Source: an uncultured Nitrososphaerota archaeon (GTDB lineage Archaea > Thermoproteota > Nitrososphaeria > Nitrososphaerales > CADDZS01). Taken from it: DNA of 64,000 nt. The DNA lies in assembly GCA_963799845.1 (NCBI GenBank), contig CAWCYI010000006.1:722547-786546 (forward strand). The letters run 5' to 3'. Below the pieces are notes generated by a model. The model had not been told where the DNA came from. It saw only the letters and a list, made by a program, of their open reading frames with translations, and ran no database searches. Positions 19,831 to 30,965 of this stretch are shown in pieces. The position numbers and the translations under genes are program-made. How positions within the stretch are numbered: position 1 is the stretch's first letter; each line of letters begins with the position of its first letter.

Positions 19831-20811
19831 TTAGTTGCTAGAGTAGATGTCGTCCATGACCTCATCGGGCGAGGGCCATTCGCTTTTCTCGGCGAAATCG
19901 ACCGCTTCATCGACTTCTCTCAGAATGGAATCGTCGATCTCGCGATATTTGGCTGCGGTCAAGTAACCTTGTTCGATCAATGAGTTCTTGAACCTCGCTA
20001 TAGGATCAACTCTCTTCCAGTCGTCAACCTCCTGTGTCGTTCGGTATTTCTGATCATCGCCTTCGAAGTGTCCCATGTACCGGTAAGTGTCACAGACAAG
20101 GTACGAAGGACCTTCTCCCCGTCTTGCTCTTGCGACCATTCCTGACGCGGTATCGAAAACTGTCATCACGTCCATACCGTCGATTCTGGACGCCGGAATG
20201 CTGTAGGACGATGCCCTGACTGTAGGGTCTTCCACACTCGTAGCATACTTGATCGAGGTTGATTCCGCGTATTGGTTATTTTCTAAAACGAAAATCACGG
20301 GTAGTTTCCATATCGAAGCGAGGTTCAGAGATTCGTGCAATACTCCTTGATTCAGCGCTCCGTCGCTGAAGAAAGCAACAGCTACCTGGTCTGTTCCTCG
20401 ATATTTGGCGGAGAGGGCTGCACCCACAGCGTGAGGAACGCCCCCCGCAACAATTCCATTGGCTCCGAGCATTCCCAAAGTCAGATCTGAAATGTGCATC
20501 GATCCACCCTTGCCCTTGCAGGTGCCGGTCCTTTTTCCAAAAAGTTCAGCCATCATGGACTTGATTTCAATACCCTTAGCTATGCAATGACCGTGTCCGC
20601 GGTGAGTACTAGTCACATAATCGTCATCTCGTAAGTTGGATAAAACTCCCACCGCGACCGCTTCTTCACCGATGTAAAGGTGGACGAATCCCTTGACCCT
20701 CGAAGCTGCAAATTCCTTCTTTACTCTCTCTTCAAATCTCCTGATTGTAAGCATCCTTTGGAGCATGTCCAAGAGCTTTTCATTGCTTTGAACCGTGATT
20801 GAACTGGTCAT
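19831..20811 (-). CDS. 2-oxoacid dehydrogenase E1 component alpha subunit (TPP-binding)
   Basis: TPP motif GDG...N and YRYMGHFEGDDQKYR, typical of E1alpha. Confidence 0.85.
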   Translation of the reverse strand: MTSSITVQSNEKLLDMLQRMLTIRRFEERVKKEFAASRVKGFVHLYIGEEAVAVGVLSNLRDDDYVTSTHRGHGHCIAKGIEIKSMMAELFGKRTGTCKGKGGSMHISDLTLGMLGANGIVAGGVPHAVGAALSAKYRGTDQVAVAFFSDGALNQGVLHESLNLASIWKLPVIFVLENNQYAESTSIKYATSVEDPTVRASSYSIPASRIDGMDVMTVFDTASGMVARARRGEGPSYLVCDTYRYMGHFEGDDQKYRTTQEVDDWKRVDPIARFKNSLIEQGYLTAAKYREIDDSILREVDEAVDFAEKSEWPSPDEVMDDIYSSN

Positions 20812-20996
20812 ACGACCGTAAGACTGGACGACTCACTATTGAATTTATCTCGATCATTCGAAGAGTAATTTGCGAGCAATGTCAAAATCGGTGTCTTCAG
20901 ATAACTATCAGACTCGAAATACGCGGCCGTGGTCTAATCTCAAAAAACTGGGCCGCTATTCATCTGAAAGAAGATTCCTTCACTGGACAATCGAGG

Positions 20997-21749
20997 TTAC
21001 TGATGCATTCCTCTGCCCCCTGTAACCAGCATGAGCTCGCCGGTGATGAAATCCGACATATCCGAGGCCAGAAACACTGCCGCGTTAGCAACATCTTCCA
21101 CTTTTCCCAGCCTCTTCAAGGGTGTTTCATCAATCAGAGCCTTGTTCGCTTCCGAGTCTCTGAATGATGTCATATCAGTAACGATCGCGCCCGGACAGAT
21201 CGCATTCACATTGACGTATGGACCAAGACGGAGTGCGAGAGCCTTTGTCAATCCATTTACGCCAGCTTTGGAAGCAACGTACTCGGCGAAGCGCATCGCA
21301 GATGGATGGTACATGCCAGAGTTTGACGATATGTTGACAATCTTGCCTTTCTTTTGGTTCAGCATGATCGGAGCAACTTCTTTCGAACAGAGGTAGGTCC
21401 CTTTCAGATTAACGTCGAGCGTTTCATTCCACATTTCTTCAGTGTGTTCAAAAAGGTCAACTGGATAATGAATGCCGGCGTTGTTCACCAAAACGTCAAT
21501 GCGCCCCCAAGCATTCATCGTATCTTGCACAATCCGCTTTACTTCTTCCAATCTTGACACGTTTGCTTTCACAAGAATTCCCGTCCCGCCATCCACTTCG
21601 ATATCCTTCAAGAGAGAAGCAGCCTCTTGGGATGAGTTGTTGTAGTTAATTGCGACTTTTGCACCCTCAGAGCTAAATTTTTTCGCAATCGCTCTCCCAA
21701 TCCCCCGGCTGGCACCGGTGACGATGGCTGTTCTATTTTCCAATAACAT
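20997..21749 (-). CDS. SDR oxidoreductase
   Basis: TGASRGIGRAIA, NNAG, and Y..SKAG. Confidence 0.85.
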   Translation of the reverse strand: MLLENRTAIVTGASRGIGRAIAKKFSSEGAKVAINYNNSSQEAASLLKDIEVDGGTGILVKANVSRLEEVKRIVQDTMNAWGRIDVLVNNAGIHYPVDLFEHTEEMWNETLDVNLKGTYLCSKEVAPIMLNQKKGKIVNISSNSGMYHPSAMRFAEYVASKAGVNGLTKALALRLGPYVNVNAICPGAIVTDMTSFRDSEANKALIDETPLKRLGKVEDVANAAVFLASDMSDFITGELMLVTGGRGMHQ

Positions 21750-21819
21750 GTTCTGCTAATTATTGAGGAAGGTTGATGAAAGTTTTGATGAGTATGGGTT
21801 TGAGGTCACTTTCGGTTTC

Positions 21820-22668
21820 TTATCTTAATCCGAGCTCCCTCATCATCTTATCAGTCGCTGAATAAGCCTCGAAAACCCAGCTCCTGACTTGAGTCGGATC
21901 ATTTGGCCACTGGAGCTCGATGCTCACCGGGCAAGCGACACCAATCTCTTTCAAGACTATGAGGTATTTCTTCAACGGGACGACTCCCCTTCCGGGAGGT
22001 AAATCTCCGTGTACTTTTCCATCGCAGTCCGAGAAGTGGATGTTGATGATTTTGTTTCGGAGTCTCTCCAAAGTCTCAGGATCGTCACCCATCAAGAACA
22101 GATGCGATACATCTGCGTTCGCTTTTACCGCCGGATGATTTGCGTCTTTGATGAACGTCGCCATGTGATCTACGGAGTCGAGCAGGTAAAACATGTACGG
22201 CACATACTCTAGGGCGATCTCTATCCCAAGTGATTTTGAATAATCCGCAATTTCCCTGACTCCTTCGACTGCCCAGTTCCATTGCAATTCCGGTTTGAAT
22301 TCCCTCTTCTCGTAAGAGTAATTTCCTAACACGAGGACCATTGTGGGGGAGTCGAAATCAAATCCGATCTCCAACTCTTTTTTCACGTAATCAATTGTTG
22401 CTTTCCTCATTTCAGGAACGAAATCAGTCAACCCGTTGGCAGCGACGATGAATGAAGAGCAGGGCATCTCGTTTTCCTTGAAGGCCTTGCGCTGGGCTTT
22501 TCTGACTTCAACCGAGGAATTCAATGGAAAAATGTCGTACGAATCAAATCCCATTTTCTTGGCAACTTTGATTCCTTCGATGGGGCCCACCGGAGAACTC
22601 CACCAACAATTCTCAATCAGACCCAGTTTCAATTGATGAACTTCCGAAAACGGTGTGCAATCTTTCAT
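21820..22668 (-). CDS. sugar phosphate isomerase/epimerase (xylose isomerase-like TIM barrel)
   Basis: 282 aa with the AP-endonuclease-2/xylose-isomerase-like TIM barrel pattern. Confidence 0.65.
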   Translation of the reverse strand: MKDCTPFSEVHQLKLGLIENCWWSSPVGPIEGIKVAKKMGFDSYDIFPLNSSVEVRKAQRKAFKENEMPCSSFIVAANGLTDFVPEMRKATIDYVKKELEIGFDFDSPTMVLVLGNYSYEKREFKPELQWNWAVEGVREIADYSKSLGIEIALEYVPYMFYLLDSVDHMATFIKDANHPAVKANADVSHLFLMGDDPETLERLRNKIINIHFSDCDGKVHGDLPPGRGVVPLKKYLIVLKEIGVACPVSIELQWPNDPTQVRSWVFEAYSATDKMMRELGLR

Positions 22669-22947
22669 TTATCTTATTTTTGCAAAGAATTGTGACGGTT
22701 CAAAATAATTTGAAAACAGGGATCTGATTATGGGTGGGCCGTTTTGGAAATATGTGTTGCCTGAAAATTTAGTGAAGTTATCCAAAATTATGGCATTTCT
22801 TTAGATCAGACTTGGCCTCGCATATGCCATTAGATTGTTACTTTTTTCTCCAAAATTAGATTAATTTTATGAATCAACGACGGAGAAAGAATAAAAAAAG
22901 ATATAATCTGCCAAGTCTTAAATAATCATAGACTTTCTCGGCAGATA

Positions 22948-24543
22948 ATGGCGGGTACAAAATCAGTTTTCGTGCGCGATGCCACGGGGTTGGTTCGAGC
23001 TTTTCGTTGGTATGATGCTCTGATTCTAAGTCTTGCAGTTACCGGTCCAACATATTTTGGGATCGCCTCGCAGATCGGTTACGTCTCACCTAACGTTCCC
23101 GGCGCGGATTTCACGACTTCCGCCGCGATCGGTTTGTTGTTCATGATTCCTTTGGGGCTAGTCTACTATTTGTTTGCCGTCAGTATGCCTAGGTCCGGAG
23201 GAGATTACGTCTGGATAGGCCGATCCATTCATCCGATTTTGGGATTCGTGGGCGGCTGGGCCATGTTCATTTCATTCATCTTTCTTCTGGCGGGAGTTGG
23301 AGGTCCGACCTGGGCTGGAGTTGTAGTTCCAGTTTTTTACGTAACCATGGGATATGTCTGGCACAGCCCAGGACTGGTCACTTACGCTACTACGTTCACC
23401 AGGAATACAGTCTTTGAGTATGGATTACTCGTGATAATCTTGGGTGCTTTAATTACAGCCTTTGGTCCTAAAGTGTACAGCAGAATCATGATCTTCTTAG
23501 CGGCGATCATCCTTCTTGGCACTTTCGTTTTCATCGGTGTAGCGGCGACCACCTCTCCTACGACTTTCGCCAATGCTTTCAACACTTTCACTTCTACGAA
23601 TGCGCTGAACGCGACATACAGTAGTATCATTAGTAATGCAGGAACCGCTGGCTGGGCATATCAGCCAATAACCACCGCGCTCACTTTGGCGAGCGTTCCT
23701 TTCGGGGTCCTCTTGTTTAACGGATTCAACTATTCAGTGTACGTGTCTGGGGAAATGAAAGATGTCCGAAGGAGTATGCTGTGGGGAGTTTTGCTTGCAT
23801 TACTCATATGCGGAATCTTGGATATCATAGGTCTCTACTTTGGAGTAAAGATGATTGGCTACGAGTTCAATCAAGCAGCCTTCTATCTGTTCGGGCATGG
23901 ATCTTCCGCCTGGCCGTTTCCAGGGATTTCTCCGTGGATCGCGCTATTCACCCCGATGGTGATCAACAATGCATACCTGTCCACATTCGTGCAACTCGGT
24001 TGGTTACTTTTCTTCATATGGTGGGCGGCCGCTCTTATCCTCGCGATTTCGCGTTACGTCTTTGCATTCTCTTTCGACAGGGTCCTGCCCACGGCTTTTG
24101 CGGACGTAAACCAGCGCTTCCACTTCCCGCTCAAAGCGACGGCCTTGACTTTGGGGATCGGGATACTCTTCCTGATCGACTTCACTTACCTCCAATCCTA
24201 CCTGGTGGCTACACTCAACACTACTGCAATTTGGGCCGTGGTCTGGGTTGTCGTAGGCCTGTCGGCGATAGTCTTCGCGGTCAAAAAGAAGGAGATGGCG
24301 AAGGCTCTTCCCGGTGGTCCAGTGCTACTGATGGTCTTTGGTCTGCTGTCAATGCTCGCTATGGGCGCTACTTTCTATTACGCAGCGACAAACTCTGCAA
24401 TCGGACCGTTCACCACTTCTGCGCAGGGCCTTCTCGGAGTAGTATTTGCGTCGGGCCTGGTAATCTACATCATCAGTTACTACTACCACAAAGCCCACAA
24501 CATCAACCTCGACTTGGTATTGAAGGAAATACCTCCAGAGTAA
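22948..24543 (+). CDS. APC-family amino acid/polyamine permease
   Basis: 12-TM profile with motif MPRSGGDYVW. It is a paralog of 55301..57010. Confidence 0.8.
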   Translation: MAGTKSVFVRDATGLVRAFRWYDALILSLAVTGPTYFGIASQIGYVSPNVPGADFTTSAAIGLLFMIPLGLVYYLFAVSMPRSGGDYVWIGRSIHPILGFVGGWAMFISFIFLLAGVGGPTWAGVVVPVFYVTMGYVWHSPGLVTYATTFTRNTVFEYGLLVIILGALITAFGPKVYSRIMIFLAAIILLGTFVFIGVAATTSPTTFANAFNTFTSTNALNATYSSIISNAGTAGWAYQPITTALTLASVPFGVLLFNGFNYSVYVSGEMKDVRRSMLWGVLLALLICGILDIIGLYFGVKMIGYEFNQAAFYLFGHGSSAWPFPGISPWIALFTPMVINNAYLSTFVQLGWLLFFIWWAAALILAISRYVFAFSFDRVLPTAFADVNQRFHFPLKATALTLGIGILFLIDFTYLQSYLVATLNTTAIWAVVWVVVGLSAIVFAVKKKEMAKALPGGPVLLMVFGLLSMLAMGATFYYAATNSAIGPFTTSAQGLLGVVFASGLVIYIISYYYHKAHNINLDLVLKEIPPE

Positions 24544-24688
24544 ACTGGCTGTTTTCCTCGGTACGAAGCTGTCAGAAAAAGCTCTAACCGAAGTAGGCTC
24601 TATTTTTGAGTCTTCTTCGGACAATCTGATTTAGCGAGATTGCATCAGACTTAAACATCAGCCGAATTCTTGCTGAGTCGATTCTAGA

Positions 24689-25777
24689 TTGAAAATCGAA
24701 GAGCTTCCGACTCCATGCGTACTGATAGACCTTGATGCGCTGGAAAGAAATATCGAGAAGATGGCAGCGTTTACAAAATCGAAGAATTGCGGGGTGAGGC
24801 CACATGCAAAGTCCCACAAGAGCCCGTTCATTGCAAAGAAGCAGATGGATGCGGGAGCTGTAGGTGTCTGCTGTCAGACTCTGATCGAAGCCGAGGCAAT
24901 GATTCTGAACGGGATCGACCACGTCCTGTTGACGCATAATCTAGCCTCTACTGGGATGCTCGAGAGATTTCTAAGCCTAAGAAAGAATGGTGACATAAAG
25001 ATTCTTGTTGATGGACCAGAAAATACAGAAATGCTTGCAAAGGCCGCTAGACATCGCGGACTCACTGTCGATGTTTTGGTCGAGGTCAATGTTGGAAACA
25101 ACAAAGCCGGACAGGAACCCGGCGAACCCGCCGCGAAATTTGCTTCGTGGGTTTCGAAAGTAGAGGGCGTCAGGTTCAAGGGTCTCCAGTGCTACGAAGG
25201 GAATCTTCAACTCACGATTCCGAGTTTTGAAACGAGAAAGGAGCAAGCCGGGCCGGTTCTTCAAAAGATCACGAAAACCTTAGGTGCTCTAAAAAACTTG
25301 GGACTCGTGCCCGAGATCGTAACCGGTGGAGGAACTGGAACTTACAACATTACAGCCGGTTATCCAGGAGTGACGGATATTCAACCAGGATCCTACATTA
25401 TGATGGACAGGCGGTACTCGGAGATCGACACGGCAGGTTCCGATTTTGAGCAGGCGATGACAGTCCTTTCAACCGTTGTAAGTACTCCAAACGATACGAG
25501 AGCGGTCATAGACTTGGGGTGGAAGGCAGTTGGTATCGAGTATGAAGCCCTGGGATGGGGAGGAATGCCCAAGCCCCTGATTCATGGTGTTACCTATTCG
25601 ACCGGTGGCGACGAGCACGGAGTGTTGAAAAGCGAGATCGCTTCGAAGCGGCCCAACGTTGGTGACAAGGTTCGATTCATTCCTGCCCACTGCGATACCA
25701 CATTGAACCTACACGGAGTTTTTTACGGAATTCGAGGGGACAGCGTTGAAGTGGTCTGTCCAGTTGCCCGTCGCTGA
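24689..25777 (+). CDS. PLP-dependent alanine-racemase-N-domain protein (D-serine dehydratase-like / D-threonine aldolase family)
   Basis: A PHAKSHKS lysine motif near the N-terminus, the TIM-barrel domain, and a C-terminal D-serine-dehydratase-like domain. Confidence 0.7.
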   Translation: MKIEELPTPCVLIDLDALERNIEKMAAFTKSKNCGVRPHAKSHKSPFIAKKQMDAGAVGVCCQTLIEAEAMILNGIDHVLLTHNLASTGMLERFLSLRKNGDIKILVDGPENTEMLAKAARHRGLTVDVLVEVNVGNNKAGQEPGEPAAKFASWVSKVEGVRFKGLQCYEGNLQLTIPSFETRKEQAGPVLQKITKTLGALKNLGLVPEIVTGGGTGTYNITAGYPGVTDIQPGSYIMMDRRYSEIDTAGSDFEQAMTVLSTVVSTPNDTRAVIDLGWKAVGIEYEALGWGGMPKPLIHGVTYSTGGDEHGVLKSEIASKRPNVGDKVRFIPAHCDTTLNLHGVFYGIRGDSVEVVCPVARR

Positions 25778-25786
25778 TTTTCGGGA

Positions 25787-26638
25787 GTGAATGAGATGAA
25801 ATTCGGATTAGCTGTTACCGGACGGGCAAACCCGAAGATTCTGGAAAAGATGGCGATCAAAGCTGACGGCGTCGGTTACGACTCATTCCTCGTGACGGAT
25901 CACTTTATGCTGCCGGATGCAAATAACCACATAGACGTCTGGTCCTTCCTCCCGTACCTAGCAGCAAAGACAGAGAACGTTCGGCTTGGGACTTGCGTGA
26001 CCCCACTCCCATTTAGGCGGCCGGGTATTCTAGCGAAGATGATCTCCACCACGGACAATCTTTCCGGCGGCAGGGTGATCCTGGGTGCCGGATTCGGGTG
26101 GTTCAAACCCGAATTCGATGGATTCTCTCAGTGGCTTGAAACGAAGGAGAGAATTTCGTACAGCGAGGAAGCTATCCAACTTATGTTAAGGCTCTGGACA
26201 GAAAAGAATCCCGTGGATTATGATGGAAAATTCGTGCATTCGAAGGGAGCGGTAATCGAACCGAAGCCAATCCAGAAACCGCATCCACAGATCTGGTTCG
26301 GAGGTCATAGGTCTCAGAGTTTGCGAATGGCAGGACGGTATGGTCAGGGCTGGATGCCGATAGGGCCGAGATGGTTCAGCGACAGCTATCCCAGACCCGC
26401 CGAATACGCGGAAATGAAGGCAAAGATTGTGTCCAGATTAAAGAACAGAGGTGTCTCGGAGAAGAAATTTGTTTTTACGACTTTGATCAACAATGCAGAC
26501 TTGAAGACAGTGAAAGCCGATGTGGAACAATTCATCGACGCCGGCATGAATTATTTTACTCTGGGCGAAAAGGCGCAGTCCGAGGACAGCATCAAGAGTA
26601 TTGCAAAAGTTGCAAAAGATATAGGCGGATCGCTCTAA
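25787..26638 (+). CDS. LLM-class F420-dependent oxidoreductase
   Basis: 283 aa LLM pattern (FLVTDHF, WFGG). Confidence 0.7.
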   Translation: MNEMKFGLAVTGRANPKILEKMAIKADGVGYDSFLVTDHFMLPDANNHIDVWSFLPYLAAKTENVRLGTCVTPLPFRRPGILAKMISTTDNLSGGRVILGAGFGWFKPEFDGFSQWLETKERISYSEEAIQLMLRLWTEKNPVDYDGKFVHSKGAVIEPKPIQKPHPQIWFGGHRSQSLRMAGRYGQGWMPIGPRWFSDSYPRPAEYAEMKAKIVSRLKNRGVSEKKFVFTTLINNADLKTVKADVEQFIDAGMNYFTLGEKAQSEDSIKSIAKVAKDIGGSL

Positions 26639-26642
26639 ACCG

Positions 26643-27540
26643 GTGAGCGGTTCTCAGTTGAAAAAATCGGGCTGGAAGATTTCATTTATCCCTTACTTCA
26701 TGAAGGCGAAGCTCCAGTGGAGTGCTCCGAAAAACGACGAGGCTATTCGGGTCCTTTCTGAAGAGGGATTTGACGGTGTCGAGTGGATGCTGGGACACCA
26801 CTTCAACAGTACCCGAAGAGCTCCAGCGTCTCGCAGAGAAAACTAGGAAGAATGGGCTTGAAATTTCAAACCTAATGTGCTGGCAGGATCTGGTAACTAA
26901 CGTTAGCAAGACGCGAAATTTGCGTATCAAAGTTCTCGAAGAATACATTGCAGCAGCCGGATCGCTGTCAATCCCGATCGTGAACGTATTTACTGGGCCG
27001 ATCACGTGGGCTCCGAATTATCAGAAGATCGGGCGAGATATTTCCGAAGGCAAAGCCTGGTCTGTCGTAGTTGATTCGTTTTCGAAAATAGTAGATGCAG
27101 CTGAGAAAAACAACGTTATCCTCACCGTCGAGGCAGTCTTCGGAATGCTGGTCCACGACTATTACACGATGCGAGAGTTTCTCGGCCACTTTGACTCCAA
27201 TCATCTCGGGGTCAACCTCGATCCGTCGCACTTGGCACTGTATGGAAACGATCCGGCGTGGGCAGTATCTCGGCTGGGACACAGAATTAGACATGTGCAC
27301 GTTAAGGATGCCGTCGGGAAAGCCGGTACTCTGGGAGAAGATTTTGTTTTTCCTTTCTTGGGGGAAGGATCGGTCGATTGGAAAGATTTTCTCAAGGCTC
27401 TAGCGCAGGTAAACTACAGCGGTTATCTTTCTCTAGAGTTCGAGAATGATGTTTACCTGAACAACGTCTGCGATGGCGACTGGGCGATGGCGGCTAGGGA
27501 ATCAAAATCCCGTCTATTGAAATTCCTCGGAGAATTGTAA
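26643..27540 (+). CDS. sugar phosphate isomerase/epimerase (xylose isomerase-like TIM barrel) with apparent frameshift near 26805-26815
   Basis: The N-terminal piece EEGFDGVEWMLGHHF lies in frame 0 (26643..26846). The rest, VPEELQRLAEKTRKNGLEI...HVKD, lies in frame +1 (26722..27540). Confidence 0.65.
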
Positions 27541-27653
27541 TTGTCTCTGAAACTCGAAACAGTCGGCATCAAGTCGTAAAGAGCATTAAGTGATGCGAGT
27601 AAATACCGAAAGACGCAAAAACTCTCCGTCTGTAGAGTGTTCCGTTTTTATCA

Positions 27654-28643
27654 ATGGAATACGTTCGATTCGGCAACACCGGTCTCAAAATCTCCCGTTT
27701 GTGTCTCGGCTGCATGAGCTTCGGCAACGGGACAGACTACATGGTAGAGGAGGATGAGGCAAAGAAAGTCATCGCGAGAGCATGGGACCTCGGGATAAAT
27801 TTCTTTGATACTGCGAATGTGTATTCCGATGGAAGGTCTGAGGAGATAGTCGGCGACTCGGTGAAGGATTATGGCCGTGAGAACCTGGTGATCGCAACCA
27901 AGGTCTACAACGACATGGGGAGCGGCCCCAATCAGCGAGGTCTGTCGAGAAAGCACGTGATGTGGCAGATGGGAGAGTCTTTAGCCCGGTTGAAGATGGA
28001 CTACGTTGATCTATACCAGACTCATCGCTGGGATTACGATACCCCGATTGAGGAAACCCTGTCGGTACTTTCAGATCTGGTACACGGCGGAAGCGTCAGG
28101 TACATCGGCGCGTCAAGCATGTGGGCGTGGCAGTTTTCAAAAGCCCTCTACACAAGCGAACTCAGGGGTTTTGAAAAATTTTCCAGCATGCAAAATCTAT
28201 ACAATCTGCTCTATCGCGAAGAAGAGAGGGAAATGATACCACTCTGCGTGTCCGAAAATGTTGCTCTAATTCCGTGGAGTCCGACGGCAGGCGGCTTGTT
28301 GACAGGAAAGTACTTTTCTGATGGAAAGATCGCAACCTCCTCAAACGATTACAGCCGGCTGGCACCGGGTTCTTTTGGCTACAAGAGGTACGTTGGTAGA
28401 GCATCAAGTGACGAAATAATGAAGCGGTTGATCGAAATCGCGAAGAACGAGGGGGCAAAGCCAACGCAAGTAGCTATATCGTGGCTGCTCACCAAAAAGG
28501 CAGTTACTTCTCCCATAATTGGGACTTCGAAGGTCGAACATCTGGAAGAATTCGTAGGATCGCTGAGTGTCAACCTTTCAGCGGAAGATTGCCGGTACCT
28601 GGAAGAGCCGTACCAGCCGCAGACAGTCTCGGGATTCGTCTAG
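27654..28643 (+). CDS. aldo/keto reductase
   Basis: LGCMSFG, DTANVYSDGRSEEIVG, and YIGASSMWAWQ fit the AKR pattern. 329 aa. Confidence 0.85.
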   Translation: MEYVRFGNTGLKISRLCLGCMSFGNGTDYMVEEDEAKKVIARAWDLGINFFDTANVYSDGRSEEIVGDSVKDYGRENLVIATKVYNDMGSGPNQRGLSRKHVMWQMGESLARLKMDYVDLYQTHRWDYDTPIEETLSVLSDLVHGGSVRYIGASSMWAWQFSKALYTSELRGFEKFSSMQNLYNLLYREEEREMIPLCVSENVALIPWSPTAGGLLTGKYFSDGKIATSSNDYSRLAPGSFGYKRYVGRASSDEIMKRLIEIAKNEGAKPTQVAISWLLTKKAVTSPIIGTSKVEHLEEFVGSLSVNLSAEDCRYLEEPYQPQTVSGFV

Positions 28644-29509
28644 AGTTCGTCGATCAATCCAGCTTTCGTCGCAGCAGTCTCGTTTTCCACGTCTGCAACT
28701 CTCTTCATGAGCGCCGTGACGCCGCTTTGAAGGGTGTCCATCTTCGAGTTCCCTTCAACGATACTTTTCTCCAGCCCGTCAAGCCGCTGGATAATTTTAT
28801 TCAAATCTTCAGAAATTGAGTCTGTCTTCGAGTTTATAGGGCCGTTTCCGCTAGCGAAGGCGTCAAGTTTTGGTGAAACCCTTGCAACCGTCTCGGATAG
28901 AGTTTGGATCTTCTCGCCCCAAGTGAGGAGGTTCTTGTCAAACGATTCGAGCTGAGCCGCCAATTTCGGAATGGCATCGCTTTCGATTAATTCCGCTCGT
29001 GCCCTCGCATCTAAAATTGCAACGTCATGCTGCCCTAATTGTTCGTCCAATCCCTTGCACAATGTTTTTAGCTGCGACATTGTTTCATTTACCGATGCGA
29101 GTTCAGTCCAGAATGATTCCACTTTCTGATTTGTCGCCGTGAGACTATCGGTCAGGGTTTCAATGCCGTTGGTCTTCGGATTAAAATTTCTGACTTCGTG
29201 TTCAATTCCTGCTTTGTATGTCGAGATTTCGTTGGTCAGCGCTTGGATTCTAGAGTTGCTCGTCTCCACGGTTTTTGTGAGATTTTCGGCAATCTCCTGA
29301 CTAGCAGCAAGTTCTCGGCTGAACTCCTCAATCTCCCGTGAGGTCGCCGCAACTTCTTTTGCAAGCTCCTCCGCTCTGGTACTGCTCGTCGCAAATTCCT
29401 TTGTAAGTTTCTGGACCTGACGGTCCAATTCGGTAACTTTAGTCATGATGAGCTTCCAGCGCTTTTTCTTCTTGGCATCCTTCTCGACATCTGTCTTTTT
29501 TCCTTTCAT
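28640..29509 (-). CDS. coiled-coil protein with Lys-rich N-terminus (unknown function)
   Basis: 289 aa, heptad-like and low in complexity (ELAKEVAATSREIEEFSRELAASQEIAENLTKTVE...). No enzymatic motif was found. Confidence 0.55.
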   Translation of the reverse strand: MKGKKTDVEKDAKKKKRWKLIMTKVTELDRQVQKLTKEFATSSTRAEELAKEVAATSREIEEFSRELAASQEIAENLTKTVETSNSRIQALTNEISTYKAGIEHEVRNFNPKTNGIETLTDSLTATNQKVESFWTELASVNETMSQLKTLCKGLDEQLGQHDVAILDARARAELIESDAIPKLAAQLESFDKNLLTWGEKIQTLSETVARVSPKLDAFASGNGPINSKTDSISEDLNKIIQRLDGLEKSIVEGNSKMDTLQSGVTALMKRVADVENETAATKAGLIDEL

Positions 29510-29974
29510 TGCTGGTCTGGAGCCGCCACAAGCGATTCAATACAGGATAAACACCCGCGACGCTCCTTCAGATAAATAACTCTAACAATCTTTCTGAAGG
29601 ACTTCCGATTTATTTCGAACGAAATTCGGCTTCTTGTGCGGGAAAGGTGGAATAGTAATTCTATGAAGATGACGGAATTTGTGCCTGCTCCTTCTCGAAT
29701 TTTACAAGCCCAAATATGGATTTGCGAGCCCAACTAAAGTCGAGGGAAGACGTCCCGGGGCTGCATTATGGCCGAAACACTTGACTTTGAACGGCGATTA
29801 TCCAATGCCGCGGTTTCCACAATCCAAGTAGGCCTTTTGAGACGATCTGATTTCGAAGCAAACGAGACGAATTTCGATCAATGGGAAAAAGTTCTTCATA
29901 TCGGGAAATTATAGGGCGATCTCGACTTTACTCGAGCTGAAAAATCGATTGCGAAAAAATCGTAACCGGTAATC

Positions 29975-30885
29975 GTGATCCTCGGTTTCGCAATTCTGAT
30001 TTCACTAAATTTGTTTTCTTTTCTTCTAGCTTATCCAAACATATCTCAGCTAAATTCGGGATGTTGTGGAACGACGCTTCTAGCAAAAGACTTTTCAGCA
30101 TTTTACGTCGGTGCGTGGCGGCTCTTCAGCGATCCATCCCAAGTTTACTTTCACGGCAACCTGAACGATGGGGGATCTCAGATTTATCCTCAGCCCGAGC
30201 AGTTCAAGTATCTCCCCTCTTTCTTGTTCATAGTTGCACCATTGATCTTCGAAACATACAATCAGACAATTGTCACCTTTGACATCATCCAATTTCTTCT
30301 ACTCCCCCTTGTTGCACTACTCATTTACAAGCTCGTAATCCCAAAGGGACTGTTGCTTACTTTTCTTGCAGGACTCCCCGCCCTGCTATTGCTGTCGCCC
30401 GGGATCCTCTGGGGATTTTCAGCCGCATTCTACTGGCAGTGGTCGGAGGGTCAGTCGAAGGTTCTTGAGACATTCTTGCTCTTGCTTTCTCTGTATCTTG
30501 CTTATACGAAAAAACCCAGATTTTCCGGAGTGCTTCAAGAATATCTTTTTTCGACCCGAGGTTTTCGCTTATTGCTCTGCCGCTGTTTCTCACGTTCAAC
30601 AAGCAGAAGTTACGTGCTTCGTTAACGGTTCTCGTGGCGACCGTAATAATTAGCAACCTGCCGCTTTTGTATCCCGGCATGGGGCCGGGATTTCTATCGA
30701 TGCTGATTTCGACCGGATTAAGAACCGAACTCTATCCTTACGCGCTCATGCTATTCGTTACCATCCTGGTGCTGAGTCTCGTCTATCACGAAGAAGTATC
30801 TAGCGCCTACAGGGAGTTTCGAGCCAAGAATCGGACCGCTGAATCCACTGAAAACGGTCAAGTCGTGGTTACTCCTTTGTCTTGA
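29975..30885 (+). pseudogene. GT-C-like polytopic membrane protein (DUF2029/GT87-like) disrupted across three reading frames
   Basis: ORFs 29975..30625, 30366..30653 and 30634..30885 are consecutive hydrophobic segments in frames 2, 0 and 1. The N-terminal part carries the DFSAFYVGAWRL motif typical of DUF2029-type glycosyltransferases. Confidence 0.45.
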
Positions 30886-30965
30886 TGTGGGATAATACTA
30901 TTAGCCTAGAAATGTGCTAGCTGTATGCTCTTGATTATGTTTGAAAATTTTGTGGTGATATTTGA

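Noticed and set aside
22669-22947. Recurrent CCAAAATTA motifs upstream of the APC permease gene, as possible Lrp-type operators
   Set aside because: The region is AT-rich, where such short matches are expected by chance. It was not listed as a feature for that reason, though it is a reasonable target for motif analysis.
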